Source of the DNA: Vairimorpha necatrix
Taxonomy: Eukaryota
Length of the DNA stretch: 64,000 nt
Assembly (NCBI GenBank): GCA_036630325.1
Contig: CP142732.1
Span: forward strand, 1-64,000
Direction of reading: 5' to 3'
The notes beneath the pieces were generated by a model. That model was not told the DNA's origin, did no database searches, and was given only the letters and a program-made list of their open reading frames with translations. The translations under genes were made by a program, and so were the position numbers. Shown piece after piece: positions 39,101 through 54,173 of this stretch; within the stretch, counting starts at the first letter, position 1; each line of letters opens with the position of its first letter.

Positions 39101-42100
39101 TTTTATTATTAAATTTTAAATATCTGATAATTATAAGACAAAGAACGAAATTTTTTACTTTATAAGAGTAATTTTTAAGTTTAGTCTTTTAACTTATAAT
39201 ATTTCGTTTTTTTGCTAAATAATAAAATTTTTTATTTTTTTATTTAAATATGTGTAAATGAGTTATTATATATTCTAAAATTTAATTTCTTTTGAATACT
39301 TTTAAAATTTTGAGACTAACGATATATAAATATTATTTAGGTGTTTTTTCAAAGATTCTTATTTGTTTCGAAGTATTACCATATTGCAAATATTTAATAT
39401 ATCCAATTCTAACTTTTAGACTTTTATTTTATTTTTTTTTGTAAATAATCTTAAAAACGTCCAGGTGAAATATTATATAGTATTATTATTGAAAAATATT
39501 TATCTTGTATTAACATGTCATAAGTAAGTTTTTAAATTTAAATTAGCTAGTGATAAACATTTTATTTTATGTTATTACTCTTAATATAAATTAAAATTAT
39601 TTTCTGCTTAAATATATAAATTTTGAACTTTATAGTTTGTTTGCTTGTAACTATTCTATACTAGATTTTACAATAAATATAGCATTTCATATTTAATTCT
39701 ATTGTTGTTATTAACTGTATTGGATTTATATGCATTTCTATTCGCTCCGTATTTTTGGTTTTATTTTTTTTAATAATGCGACGCCTTTTTCAAAATCTCG
39801 AAAACGTTTTATTCACAACAACCTTGTATTAAATTGTATGTGCGATTGTTTTATTTAATTATTCATAATTGAAAATTTACTTATTATTTCTTATTATATA
39901 ATAATATGGAAAATGTTTTCAAGTAGGTTTTCCCTAGGATTTTTAAAATCAATAACATAAATGTCGTTTCTAAGTAAAATTTTTTTTACCGTTACTGAAC
40001 GATTTATCAATGAATAGGTCTTATTTTATATTGTTAATTTAATATAATTTTCTTCAATTCTTCTAATTATAGATTAAATAAATGATTTCTAAATGAATAT
40101 ATAATTTTACGATATTGTTGATTGAATTTGGATTTTTTTTTCTTTCGTAAATGACCTCTTTTTAATATTTCGATTTTCATACTTAAATTTTGATCAAATT
40201 ATTATATAAAAATATTATACTTAACGGATTTAGAAAGTATATATATAACAAAAGAGCGATTATCAAATATTTAACCAATAGATTTTTGAATTGATTTGTT
40301 CTTATTTATTTGAAATTAATAATAAAATAATATATTTTTATAATTATGATACTAGTATGAATGATTTTACTTTTTAGAATTTTTTGGTCAAAATTTCTAA
40401 TTTTGTGTGGTCAATATGATTGTAAACAACAAAGTAATATTTGTGACATTTGTTTTTTACCAACTTCAATTTCAAAAGTCCACAATGTTTTATAACTGAA
40501 ACTTCTTTAGAATTCTATCAACCAAAAAAATGTAAAATACGAGGTTAATCGAAATTCTTTTAAAACTTTATACAATATTTGTTTTTCGTTTTTTTATCAT
40601 TAGTAATTATTATACTTAATAGTATACATATTGATCATATATAAATATAATATAGTTGATTTTTTTATATAATTTTCATTTATAAAATCCTCTGATGTGT
40701 TTTAGATAATTAATAAACTTCATTGTTTGTGTTAATTGTACTTAAATAATACTATACGCAATATTATGATTTATTTTTGTTTATCTTGGCGTAGATTTTA
40801 ATATAAAAGAAAATTATATTTCATAAAATATCTTGATCGTATATCTTTATTTTGAATTCTTATGTATTTATCTAGCAAAGCAATATGTATGGATCATATG
40901 TATATCTTTTCTATATAATCCCTTTACTAGCTAGTTATAATAAATGAATATTATTTGTATCACTTCTTACTCATTCTATTTTTAATCGTAAAAGTAATTC
41001 TATTTATTTGCTTTTGTACTTGTACCAAAAGAAATGAAAAGATCAAATTTAAAGTTTTTTGTTATTACCTATGTTGTAAATTTAGATAGATTGTAGAGTT
41101 CGTTTTAAATTTTATAAGATTTTTTTTTCTTTCAACCAATATGCTCCTTCTTATTTTTTCTTTATTTCTCTGTTCTTCATAGATAAAACTTTGCTACTTT
41201 TAAGTTAGAAGGCTAAGAAAAATTTGCATTAATAACTTTATGATTGTGTACTTACTTCATAGATATTCTTTGCCCTTCATATACAAAATTCTTTTTTATA
41301 TTTTATTTTTATTGTAATGATTTTTAGCCACGTAAGTTAAAGTTTAATTATTTTGGATAGATACACATAAAAAAAATTTGTTTTTTGTTGCATTATTTGT
41401 GTGTTGAAACGTTGTTGGTGAATATTTAACAGAGTAAACTTTGACAACTGTCCTTATTAAGTAATCATTAATACACACTTCTATGAAACCTTTGTATTTA
41501 GTTTATCAAGTTTTGGTTTTTTAACATTTATTTAAATATTTTAATGCATATACCAGAATTATTTTAGATAAATGTATAATCTTATTTCTTGTATATAAAT
41601 ACGTCCTAATTTATTAAACAATAGATTGTTAGACTAAATTATATGTCTTAAATAGTTTATGTATAGTATCAGACATTTCTTGTAATTAAAACATTCAATG
41701 ATTGTGTTTTAATTTCTTTTTGAAAGAATCTTATTTACTTGTTTGAAAAATATGTTTTTATCTTGAAAAAAGAAATAAATATATCGTTTAATTTACGTAT
41801 TGTGTCCAAAGGCGATTTAATATGTTAAACTTTACTTCAATTTTTAATTACATGTCGATTCTGCACATAATGCGTTTCATAATTATTTTATATGCAGCTA
41901 ATTATATACTTACGTACTCATACAAAAAAGACAAATAAATCTAAAATTCTTAAAATATTAATTATACAGATACATACGTTGGCAACCTCTAAAAAAAAAT
42001 GTACTAAATTATGCAAGAAATAGTTTTCGAAATATCAATTATAATATTTATTCAGATGTCTTGAAGCCTGAGACCTGCACTGACGATACGGCTTATAATT

Positions 42101-42487
42101 AAACAATGATTATTGGTACTGTCAAACATCTCAGAGTATTGTAAATAAACATAAGACATGTTTGACATTCACAAACTAAAAGTAAGACAAGTGCATGTCA
42201 CATGAAGTACTACTAATTCAGTAGAACTTCGGTTTCATGTTTGTTTGTTTACATCTCAAAGAGTTTGACAGTTAATCTAATTGACTATTTAAACGGAATT
42301 TACCCCTGACCTACAATTCCGATGAGCAGCAAAACAAACAAATAATATAAATCAATATGTTAGTTTAGACTCACCACTTCAACTTCGGATCAGGCCTCAT
42401 GCCGGATATAAGATGTGTGGATACTCCATTCAGAAAAAAAAATTATTAATTTGTCATATAATTATTTCTTGTTTTTATGTTTAATTC

Positions 42488-44465
42488 TGAGGTATTACCC
42501 GGGAGTTGGCCATTCCTCAGATAGCATTCTATAATGCTTCTCCCTGGTATTAAAGTTTTATTATAATTTAAGTTGTATTATTAAATCTGCCTCCTTGGGC
42601 TTTATCTTCCCTTTTCTGGGGATGCATTGATTGATACTGCTGATTTCTAGACTCCTCTGTTCTTCTTGACATATTTTGGTGGGGGTAAAAATAAAAAGAA
42701 AATATTTATATAAAAATAAATTCTAGAAAATTCATTTGGAGGAAAATATAATAATGTGGTAAATAATGCCACATACTACCTTCTCTAAAGGGTCAGCAAA
42801 TTAGAATACGGATTCCTCCGAAATCATCATATAGTTCTTTCCGCCGTTTCCTAGTAATAGCTGGGTAGGATATTTTAAACCTCAAATCAAGGTATGAGTT
42901 CAACTTATCATATTTGAGCTCTCAAATTCACCGTTTATTTCATATCTACATATGCTAAATGGCAACTGCTGCATTTTATTTTTGAGGCAATGTTTTCTGA
43001 AAGTTCCAAGATTTAATTTATTTTTATTCTAATAACTATCATATTTAGATGTTGCCAAATCTTTTACATGTGCATGGTTATCTTTAATTTTATCACGAGG
43101 CTTGCTTCTTTCTTTGTTATTTATTTTAATATTTCTTGAATATATATCATCTGATGGTATCGTATTCCCTGTCCTTTTCACAAAGTCAACTATATTAGTT
43201 AAGACTTTAGCTAGAAGATTGTCTATTTTTTATTCAAATTCCTTTTAATACAATTATCTATATTATTTATTCTTTCATTTATACTTTTCTGTTTATTGAT
43301 GATTTTATTTTCTTTTTGTTTCTGAATTAATAGGCAGTCGGTTTTTTATGTTTTATATCCAATTCATCGTAGGAATTTTTTTTTTATCATTAACGATTTT
43401 TCTTCTTTTTTTATTTCACTATCGTTGGCTTTTGGTTTTCTTAGACGACAATCTCGTGTATCATGTGATCTTGCTCGATGTATAGAGCACCATTATCACA
43501 TTTAAAGTATCTTCCTGTTTCTTCAGGTCTTTCATAAAGCTCTTTCTTAGATATAAATTGCGATATCGTGTCCCAACAGTTTCGCCTATAAAATAATCAT
43601 TTCTTCCAGATCTTGTGAATATTTTAATAGCTTGTTTGTTCCCTTGTTTTTCATTCCTGATTTTAAAACTTCAATGGCAGTTGATCTGCCTAATCCTCTC
43701 TCAAAAATCTGTTTCAATCTAACATCAAATTCCTTTTCGATAAGTTCATAGATATTCCGTATATTTCAATCATCGACTCTATTTTCTCGTAGTAATCTGC
43801 TATACTTCTATAATTTACCTGTTTTACAGTTTCCATCTCTGTTAATAATAAAGCTACATCATTTTTTGGATATCTAAATTCTAGTAGTTCTTTTTTTTTT
43901 TGTTTTTTGAAGCTTTTCTTATTTAGCTTATCTTTCACCTTAGAATCTTCAATCAAAGGTTAGTAGATGAGTCCCATCTGCTCATCAGTCCATTTAATGG
44001 CCGTTCCTAGCTCTTCAAACAGCTCGAGATGCTTTATGGTGCAGTCAAGTTTTACATTTTTCAATTTTTTCTTTAACCACTATTGTAGTTCCTTCTATGG
44101 TTTTATCAAATGTGGTATATGCTTCATCATCATTTTATTTCTCAGTATTATTACTTTTTTCTAATACTAATGAGCTCATTGAGGTATTACCCGGGAGTTG
44201 GCCGTTCCTCAGATAGCATTCTATAATGCTTCTGACGGGTATTAAAGTTTTATTATAATTTAAGTTGTATTATTAAATCTGCCTCCTTGGGCTTTATCTT
44301 CCCTTTTCTGGGGATGCAGTGATTGATACTGCTGATTTCTAGACTCCTCTGTTCTTCTTGACATATTTTGGTGGGGGTAAAAATAAAAAGAAAATATTTA
44401 TATAAAAATAAATTCTAGAAAATTCATTTGGAGGAAAATATAATAATGTGGTAAATAATACCACA
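42488..44465 (-). mobile_element. Internally deleted Gypsy LTR retrotransposon (family 3), no RT visible
   Basis: 286-bp LTRs at 42488-42773 and 44180-44465 (about 6 mismatches); TSD aattc at 42483-42487 and 44466-44470; PPT tagagaaggtagta; empty site near 12519-12523. Confidence 0.93.
43440..44364 (-). pseudogene. gag: gag of family-3 Gypsy, initiating inside the 5' LTR
   Basis: ccccc-accaaaat-ATG at 44364; YPKND...IADYYEKIE resembles YPKYE...IEEYYNEID of family 2; knuckle WCSIHRARSHDTRDC at ~43492-43448. Confidence 0.8.
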
Positions 44466-44589
44466 AATTCATATTTAATATAAAAAAAATATAGTTTAAT
44501 TTCAGAAAATAACATAATAAATATCATTGTTATAATATATATAAACAATCTTTACAAATATATACAACATAATTACTATTATTTTTCAC

Positions 44590-44800
44590 ATAAAAATGAA
44601 TTATAACGAGATATGCTAATGATGTTTTATATTCTAGTATATTCTGAATAGGTTCGCGTTAGCGTCTCCTGTTTGTGGGCAGCTTATCGACTCTTAGTCA
44701 TTTTCAAAGCGGAACCCAAACATCTCTTCGGTAGTCTATTGGAATGCTTAAGTTTGTCTTCTGTAATCATCTTGATGTACGCTTCTACTTTCTTAGAGTA
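44590..44800 (-). mobile_element. 3' fragment of RLE-type LINE (family 2), paralog of 12640-12850
   Basis: gttagcgtctcctgtttgt and gatgtacgcttctac are shared with 31600-31740. Confidence 0.75.
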
Positions 44801-45294
44801 TTTGATAGTTTAACCTATTTTTTATTTTATATAAAACAACAATATTAATATTATATTATATTTTTATTCAAATGTATATATATCTTCTTTATTTTACTCT
44901 ATAAACTAATTTATTTACTTTTTTATATATCATTTTTGTTTAATCATAATATATTTAAAAAAAAATTTTCAAATATTTTCATTAAATGAAGATAATTTCA
45001 GATTCCAAAATATATAAATTAAATATTACAAAAAGATTAGTTTCATTAAATATAATAGACAAGATTAATATGAACCTAGCATCGATAAAGAATATTAGAA
45101 TTCTACAACGCTTGATCTGATGATTTATCCTTCATTTAGTATTTATTGTAAGATAATCAGTTGTTTTAATTATCTTTATCATAAAAAAAAAGCAAAATTC
45201 AATACCGACAACCAAATTACTACACACATTCTTTTACATGGCCAACATTTTTTTCTAAATATATTTTTTTATACTAAACTCTAGATTTTTACTG

Positions 45295-45326
<32 letters not shown>

Positions 45327-48300
45327 ATTATTCTTTTTATTTATAGAATTTTATATCATATATACGTTTTTATGATATTTTTATTTATTAAACTCATTAA
45401 AATAATTCATTATAATAGAATGACAGTCTTTAATTTGGTATTAATATAATGTTCTAATTATTTCTAACTTTACATTTGAAATATTTTGTTCTACTGATTC
45501 ATCTTAATTATAACTGTAAACAGTTTATATGATAATTCAGAATTTATTTATTGCTAATATATTATCTAGAATTGTATGATAACTAATAAGGGCTTACAAA
45601 AACCGATATATAAGCTTTGTCAGCATGCTATTACAATGTTGTTATTCGAAAAAAATATACTATTATCATCATTTAGTGCATGCACAAACTTTCAAATTTT
45701 ATTATATGCTAAATTTCTTATCTAATAATTTCGCTTTCGATTGTATTGAATTTTTCGTAAAGTTAATGATCTTTCATTAGATAATATTTCTAGACATTCT
45801 CTTCTTTTCTCATAATATTACTCTCTTCCTAACTTTTATTTTTTTCCATGAAAGGTAAGAGAAAACTATTACTTAGAATTTTGTTAACAATGAATTTGTT
45901 CTCATACGTTTAGTGTATAGAGTTTATTGATAAATACCAATTTGAATTTGTATACAAACTACAGAAAGTACATATTGTACAATTTTTTCGTTTCAGAACA
46001 TATGTTTTTATCTATCTTTATATTACATCGTCAAGATCCACTGCTGATAAGAAACTAGGATTTAAATAAATTCTAAATTGCAAATCCATGTACATATTTA
46101 ACTTCCACGAATAACACTTATCATTACATGAATCTTTTACGCTACTTCTAACATTACTAAAATTCGATCCTGCTTTCTACGAACTTCTTTGACCACCAGT
46201 TATTCGAATTTTGGAAAATGGGGATATAGAATCGTATAAAAGAAAAAAAAGATGATCCTAGATAAATTCTTTAGACGTTAATTTGCCTTTAACAAATTTC
46301 ATTAAACACTGCTTACGTAATGTTTTTTTTAAAAAAAACTTGCCTTTTTTGAAAACACGGTCGATGTAAACATCAATTTTATTTCTAGTTGTAAGTGAAG
46401 TTGTTCATTTATAGTAAAGTTCCATTTTTTCATTTTTTAAAGCTCAGTGGAACATAAAACTTTTTTATGATTACCAAAAAGAACTTTGTCGTGGGGGGAA
46501 CAAAAAAGTTTTTTCAAAAAAAGTAAATCTTAATAGTCATTATGGAAAAGGCTTAGTTACAATGTTTTTTTCTAGCGACGTTAATCTTAAAGGTAAAGGA
46601 CTGGGCATGCATTTTATATCTCATAAATATTTTCAAAATGTTCTACATATTTAGTATCTACTACAAAAAATATAATTTTAAAATTAAATATTAAAAGCTA
46701 CTTTATACAAAATTACTTATTATTTTTTATACAATAATCATCTCTAATTTATATATAGAACTTTCGATTTCAGTTTATTAATACTCTATATGTAAATTTT
46801 CCTTATATTACACTATTGATTATAAAATTGTTTTAAAAAACGGTTTGTTATTTTGTTTTAATTTTAATATTTTTTTATCCACTCTATATGTATTGCTGAT
46901 GCAAGTTTTCTATTCAAATTTATTAACTTAAAAATTTCTACATAGATAGTTTTATACTATAATGCAAGTTGTTTTTGATTTTTACGAGTGTGTTAGATTT
47001 GCATCATTTTGATCCTTGTATTATATTTTTATTGTAGATACGTTTCTTGTCATTTCAAATAATAATTAAAAAATATAAATACTTGAATTATTATATTTAA
47101 CATGATGCATTTTTTAACTAAGAATTTATCTTATTTTTGATTTTACACAGATACATTGAATTAGGCGGCTTTTACTTATGTTCTTGAATATAACAAGTTG
47201 ATTTTATTAATTCGACTTGAATCGTACGTATTAAGCGCATTTCATCTAGGTTTTATAAGGTAATTTTCATATTTATTTCTTGTCAAAATTTTATCTACAA
47301 CTGATATTTATTAAAAGATTACATTTCTATTTAAAAATCAGAAATACTTTAGCAACACAAAATTCATAAAGTTTATCAAATGTGTAACCTTATGTTTTGT
47401 TATACGATAGAAGACTAGGTTAGGATTTACGGAACAAAAAAAACAATGACAGTATTACTAATTTAGTAATGATATATTTGATCGTTGGTTTTTATACGAG
47501 GAATGTAAACCACTGATTCATCTAAAATAAATATTGGACTGTTTCTTCAAAGAAATTTATTCTTTTATTTTTTAAATATTAATTTCTCGCATATATATAT
47601 TTTCGCCCTAAATATTATAAATGGCTTGAACTTAAAATCAAAATTGTTTTTGTAAGAAACGACATTTCGATAATCTCTCTTAAAAGGATTTGTTTTTCTG
47701 CCAAATTAAAATTGTGTACGGAATTTGGTTTTAGAAATTAGAAATAAGGAACAAACGAGTTAATTTGTTTCATGCATACTTTATTTTTTGTCTAATTATT
47801 TTTAAAGTAACTTATAATGTGAATATAATGTCCTTTTACTTTTTTTTATAGAACATAAATAAAATATGTGCATTTTTTATAAAAATTTAATTTGCAACCA
47901 AATCAATCCCAGAAAGATGCAGTCAAAATTTATGTCTGCAATTATTAAATCCATGTATAATATCTAATGTGAACAATAAATTTGATCTAGTGTACAGTTT
48001 TATAACTATTTTTAGATCTGTAATCTTTTTATTTGTTTTCTTTTCTATTATATACATCATCTTATCTGTTTGAATTATGTATGATTTAGATGGTCTAATT
48101 ATTTGCAAACAGAAAGTATATCTATCAAGGGGTGAAATTCAAAAATATACCAATTCAATTGTTTTTTAGATATGTTATATTTAAATGATCATTCACCCCA
48201 TCTTATGAAAAATATTTTCATCTCTGGAATATTCAAAAAATATAGTATCCCAAAATGAATTTTTTCCATTTTTAAGATTATATAATTTTACAATAAAATG

Positions 48301-51023
48301 TTTACGTAATGAAATCTAAACATATCAAATATTAAATTGCAAAATATATTACTCTATTGTATATATGTTGTAAAAAATGATTTTATTTATATTCAAATGC
48401 ACAAATAATTATAATATCGTGTTTCTGACTTTATATTTCCTTTATTTTTCAACTTTTGTTCATTTTACTATCTTAAATAACTGATTATTTGTCTTCTATT
48501 TTTGGTTTTGTAAGTCAAAATTACTATATCAGTCCTATAGAATAAAGTTAATAGTATATTCACACTGACTTTCTATTCTTAGAGGATAAATGAAACGTGA
48601 ATTTTATTTTTTAATTTTCTCTAATTTTGTTTTTAGATTTTAACTATTATATTGCCAAAGAGAACAATCATTTAATTGTTTACAATACTTAATTTTCATC
48701 GATTAGGTTCATTATAATAAATTGTTTATTCTTTTTACATATGAATATTTTTTCTTTATAAATTAATCGATATTATAATAACTCAGAAACAAACATTATT
48801 TCTTATTATATATCATTAAAAACGTTATTGTTGATTATGTAAAGTCTGTACGATTAAAATATTTGATGCAATTATTTCTGGGGTATTTCATTCTTTTATA
48901 CATATATACATCTGGTTGTTGCAATAAATATGAACTTATTACCAAGATTTTTATATCTTAGTATATTATGTATATTTTTATTAAGCACTTGCCATGTTTA
49001 TTATATCTACACATATCTTCGTAAAAGCTTATAAATTTTGCTGAGATTTTGAATTTTTAGTATCATATAATTTTTATTTCATTTTATATATAGACTTTGA
49101 GGTTGATTTACGCCCTAAAGAAGGAATATTGTTGTTTTCTTTAATGTGTTTTTTCAGCGCTTTTCGATCCTTAATGTTTAATCTTTCCTAGTCTTTTCCT
49201 AAAAGTGTCTTGTTTAAGTAAAATGCTAATGACTAATTGAAGATATTTAAAACACAAGAAACATTTGTTGAAAAAATCTTTATATGTCTTTATTACATAT
49301 ATTTAATGCTCATTTTGCCATTTAAAGTCAATCCTTGTTTTTGTCTTTCAATATACTTGGCAATAATAGCTATTCCTTTAGGGAGAGCACGTCTTAGTAT
49401 GCAAATGACTCGTAACACATAGATTATTCAATTTAGTAGTATTTATGGGAAATCTGTTCAAAATATAAATTTCTTAAATCATCTAGTACGGTTGTTAAGA
49501 TAAATAGCTCCAAAACAATGTATTTAACAGTGTTTGTTGAATAAACGATTAAACTTTATTATTTTTGTTTCTATATTATACATACTAACTTTACTTTGTT
49601 TGCAAGCGATAGATATAATTTTAATTTTTCAGTCGCAAAAAATATTAAATCTATTTTTGAAGTTTGGTACTTACAATACTGTTTATTCTGAATTTTAATA
49701 TCAGATTATTTTTGTCTTGTCAATATTATTATCTCTTCTTAAATATATTTACATATACAAATAAATCTACTCTTAATAATTAGTTAGTTGTTTAGAATGT
49801 CAAGAATAATTACTTTCAAGCCTTCATGATATAGCTAAGTTCTTTTGTAATGAAATATTTTGGGGTGATTATTTTCCTCAAATAATTATCATGATTTTCT
49901 TCATCATCTTATTACATTTGTATATATATTGTCAAGTTTGGAAAATCTAAAATTTAAATCACTTAAATTAGAAATTATTGCATTTTAGACTAATTATTTT
50001 TCCATAATTTTTTTTCTGTCTTATTGTATATATATATATATATGTATATAAAATTTTCCTTATTTTAAAAATGAAAATTTAAAAACTTTATATTAGAAAT
50101 TATTGCAAGTAAGACAAATATTTTTTCATGATTTTTATCAACTTCTTATTTTTTATAAATGTGTATAAATTCTTTTCAATAATGAAAAAAACAAATCAAA
50201 ATTATGTCATTTTAGATAATTTATTTTTTCATGATTTTATTCTTATTCTTGCTGTTTAAATAATTTAACTTGTCATCCTTGAATAATTAAAAATTTAAAA
50301 GTTCAAAAAACATAATTTTGACTTATAGCCTTTATTTAATTTAATATTTCGTATTCTTGGTGCGTAGGAGAGAAGATGAAATCTTATACTTGAACTCAAA
50401 AGCAATTGAGTTAAAAATCCAATTGATATAGGGTATTATTATTCACTTAACTTCTACCAAATACTTTCGCTGCACTATCTCCGACGTAACCATTTAGATT
50501 TGATGAGTTTATTTTTATATACAAGCCTCTAATCGCATCATTAAATCAAAAAATATATTAAAATGAAGATTTTAAAACCTCTGTATAGATTTATCGTTTT
50601 AATCTAGTGTCGATATTATATATATAAATCATCTAGATCTCAGATGGCTCTTCAACTACAAAGACACTAAAAGCAAACTTATTAAACTTCTTTGTCTTTA
50701 ATGAAATAATTGAACATATCTCCATCTTATACTATATCTTGTTTGTATAAAAACAAACTTCATAAATTTCTACATCAAGAGTGCCATAATTGGCTTTTAG
50801 GTCCCTATAGAATATACAGCTATGGTATTATGAAACACAGAAGGACAAATTATATGTAATAAGAATTTAAAGTGTGAATGTATTTAAGAAATTAATGATC
50901 AATTCATACAAGAGATACTTTTCAAAATATTTGTTTAGTCTATCAATTTTGAAATATTATATTTAGTGACGTCTATATGTCCGCCAGTAGATATCTTTAT
51001 ACTTAAAATAAATTTAAATTTTC

Positions 51024-51092
51024 TCTTACCGGGAATCTCACCTTGGACCTTCGAAATCCTAAATCAAGGTGCAACCATTCTGCCAAGCACGA
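51024..51092 (-). pseudogene. Degenerate tRNA(Pro, AGG)-like sequence or SINE head, copy B
   Basis: A box TGGCAGAATGG; anticodon loop TTAGGAT; B box mutated (GGTGAGATTCC). Confidence 0.5.
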
Positions 51093-51842
51093 TTATTTTA
51101 ATTTTTTGTTATCCTTTAAGAAAACCAATTATAGTTCAACTTTATTTATTTTTGTTTTTCTTTCTATGCATAAAGAAAAATTTCAAATTAGTCAGATTAA
51201 AAGATCATTAATCTGAATGAATCAAATAATAGAACAATTTACAATGTTAGTTTTATGCTTTCTTTTGGAAAATAAATTATATAAGATTTTCTTTGATCCA
51301 AATATACATTTCTATATATATATACATGTTATACTAAAAAATAGTAAACATTTTACACTGCAAAAACAAGTATATGTCCTATATTATATACAAAATACTT
51401 TCATATGTGACCGCACAATTTAAGATTTACTGGCATCGTATTTTAATCTCTCTATTATATCTGGCAATTTTGTTATTATTATTTTCTATACCTCTAAAGT
51501 AAATTTTTTTAAATAATTTTTTCAACAAGTTAAAACTGTCATTTGTAAGAATATGTTTAATATGTATTTGATCTGCTACAACTATATATGAACTACATTC
51601 TTTTAAGAATTTAAACTAAAAAATAATAAAAACATATTTATGTGATTTAACTAATATTCTTTATTGAGATTTTGTTTTTCTTAGATACTGTGATGTACAT
51701 TACTACAACACATGGACAGATGTCTAAAATATGTCAACCGTTTCGGATGGCATGTCAAGTTGGGTCACACAATCAAACGAAAGTTGCATGGTCGTTACTA
51801 CATTCGTAAGTACGCCAATGTTTGTGTTTAGTGTTGACAACA

Positions 51843-52170
51843 TATAAAAGATTTATTGAGTTAATTTATCATTAAAGTTAGATTGGCACAGTTTCCCCCT
51901 GTATCGCTCACTAGATTCGGCTCTTTATAGACTTTGGTTTCTGTGGAATTATTTATGTTTTTCAACTCCAAATTTTGAGCTTCATTCTCGTATACCGACA
52001 TCGCTTGTTCAACAGTCGCCATATTCGCTAGTGCGCTTAAAGCTCTAACCACTTCTTCTAATGCATAATCTTTATCGTATCTTGTTCGTCGTTCCAAAGA
52101 GATGTTTCTCTGGAGTTTTCTTCATCACATTAGACTGGATGTATGCTTCCAGAAATGTTTAGATTTCTGC
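51843..52170 (-). mobile_element. 3' fragment of family-1 LINE, copy B
   Basis: ORF 51861-52097 matches the C-terminus of the 701-aa ORF. Confidence 0.9.
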
Positions 52171-52559
52171 AGAATGTAAATAAGATTTTAAAATATTAAT
52201 ATATATGTACACAATAATAATATAGTTTAGAAATAATAGATTCCTGAACTTTTAAAATTTTACAACTGTAACTTTTATTAAGGAAAAAATATTTTATTTT
52301 GACATTACGATTGATTTTTAGTAAAAATTTAATTAAATTTTGAATTTCTTCAAAAATGTCAGCAGAAAATAAAAAATTTAAAGGCCGTATTGTTTTTCAA
52401 AAAATACCATCTGGTCATCTTTTTAATTGAGTTGTTACTCTGTAGACAAAGAAAAATTAGCAATAAATTTCAAAACAAGATCGTCGAATAAAGAGTAATT
52501 AACATTTTTGTTTAGTTTTTGATTGTATATTTTTTAATTAATTTATAAAGTAAAATTTG

Positions 52560-53633
52560 GACTAAAATCAGCTTTAGTGTAAAAAAAATGGGGGGTCAAA
52601 ATTTTTAAAAAATTGCCCCTTTTTTTAAAAAACGAAGGGAAGAGAAAACTTCAGAAAAAAAATAAAATATAATTAAGATATAAAAATGAATGAAAATTAA
52701 CTTTAAAATAAATAAAATATATCAAAAACATAATTTTAATAATGCTTTGAAGATGTCTTCGCTCTCATTTCTTTTAATCATATATAGAACTAAATATATT
52801 TCAGCAAATTCATATGTTCTACACCTATTGGGTATAGAGGCTTTTAAAAACCTCCAATTTCCTTCGATGATGTTTGTATGGACACCTGTTTCATTATCTC
52901 TAAATGTTTGACTGTGATTTACAGTTCTATGGTCCGCGTAATGGCTTTTTAACGTTATATAGGCCTTCCACATATCGGAATGAATGATAGATTTCAAATT
53001 TACATGCTTAAATAAGATCGGCAGCAATGTATCCTTGTTTCTTTTATTGATTATGACAAATATTATTTTCTTTTCTGTTGTTCTTTCTACCATCCCAAAA
53101 CACCAAAATTCTTTAACTAATTTTCCCCTGTGGTATTTATTCTTACCTATTTTACTTTCGTCGATCTCCACTATGATATTTTCGCCTCCTATTTGTTTTG
53201 TTTTATTTATATATTTTTCATAAATTTTTAATTTATATAATTTCTCAAGTGTAGCACTTACATTTTGCATATTACAGTCCAAAATTTTAGAAATATGCGC
53301 CATTTTAAGTCCCATTGTTCATAGATTAACAATTTTCAGCATAAGAATATGATCTATCTTACTATTTGAAAATAGGTTATTATTCCAAATTGAAAATCTT
53401 TGGCCGCATTTGGGAAATTTACATCTCAAATAAAATGTTTCGTTAGATACTATAGATGTATCCCAGCCACAAATTGAACATTTCTGTTTATATTTCTTTC
53501 TTAGCAGATGTTCATAAAAATCTTCAATTTCTTCTTTACTCAGCATTCCCTTCGTTTTTTAAAAAAAAGGGGCAATTTTTTAAAAATTTTGACCCCCCCC
53601 CCCATTTTTTTTACACTAAAGCTGATTTTAGCC
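52560..53633 (-). mobile_element. Merlin DNA transposon 2
   Basis: ~80-bp TIRs (52560-~52641 and ~53547-53633); 8-bp TSD aaaatttg at 52552-52559 and 53634-53641; empty site at 20562-20569. Confidence 0.95.
52722..53546 (-). pseudogene. Merlin transposase with a single in-frame TGA at 53321-53319
   Basis: Both ORFs are in one frame (CTA TGA ACA ATG). CSIC/CKFPKC zinc finger; VEIDES, IHSDMWKAY, TVNHS and HTNIIEGNW motifs. Confidence 0.92.
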
Positions 53634-53869
53634 AAAATTTGTTTTATTTTTGCTATTAAATCCTTTAAATTCAAAATATACGCTCTTTTAAATTTTTGTT
53701 TATTTTAAATTTCCCTCCTAAAATATTAAATAAAATTTTTTTGTTTATGGGCAATGATAAATCAAGATTGGATTGGTGTATAAAAGAGATAAAATAAGTT
53801 TGGAGTGACAAAATATTTCTGAAATTAATACTACTATAAATGGAGGATTATACAATATCTAATTCAAGA

Positions 53870-54173
53870 CAGTCAATTTTTTTTCTAAGGTAATAATCTC
53901 TAAATTTTATGCTCAAGATCTTTTTTTATCAGCTAAAGATGATGATACGAATTACATACTTCAGAAATTTGAGTACCATTGGTTATACCAACTTCAATGG
54001 ACAAGACCTTATAGCGCTTGCGCATCCACGTGTCGCGAGAAGTTGAAAAGTTAAAATATAAATGTATATTAAAATTTCCGAAGTATTAAATTGTATAATA
54101 TTCATTAGCTGATAAATAACATCATGAGCATAAATATTTAAAATTACATTAACAGTGAAAAAAACACAGGCTG
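53870..54173. mobile_element. MITE-like element, copy B of 20803-21108
   Basis: Same inverted arms and GC-rich core. Confidence 0.65.

Noticed and set aside
44185-44245. Possible hammerhead ribozyme in the family-3 LTR (minus strand GTC...hairpin...CTGAGGA)
   Set aside because: No GAAA after stem II, and stem I is out of register.
53319-53321. TGA read as Trp (alternative genetic code)
   Set aside because: A single case in a transposon; TGG is used for Trp in the long ORFs. Simple nonsense mutation is more likely.
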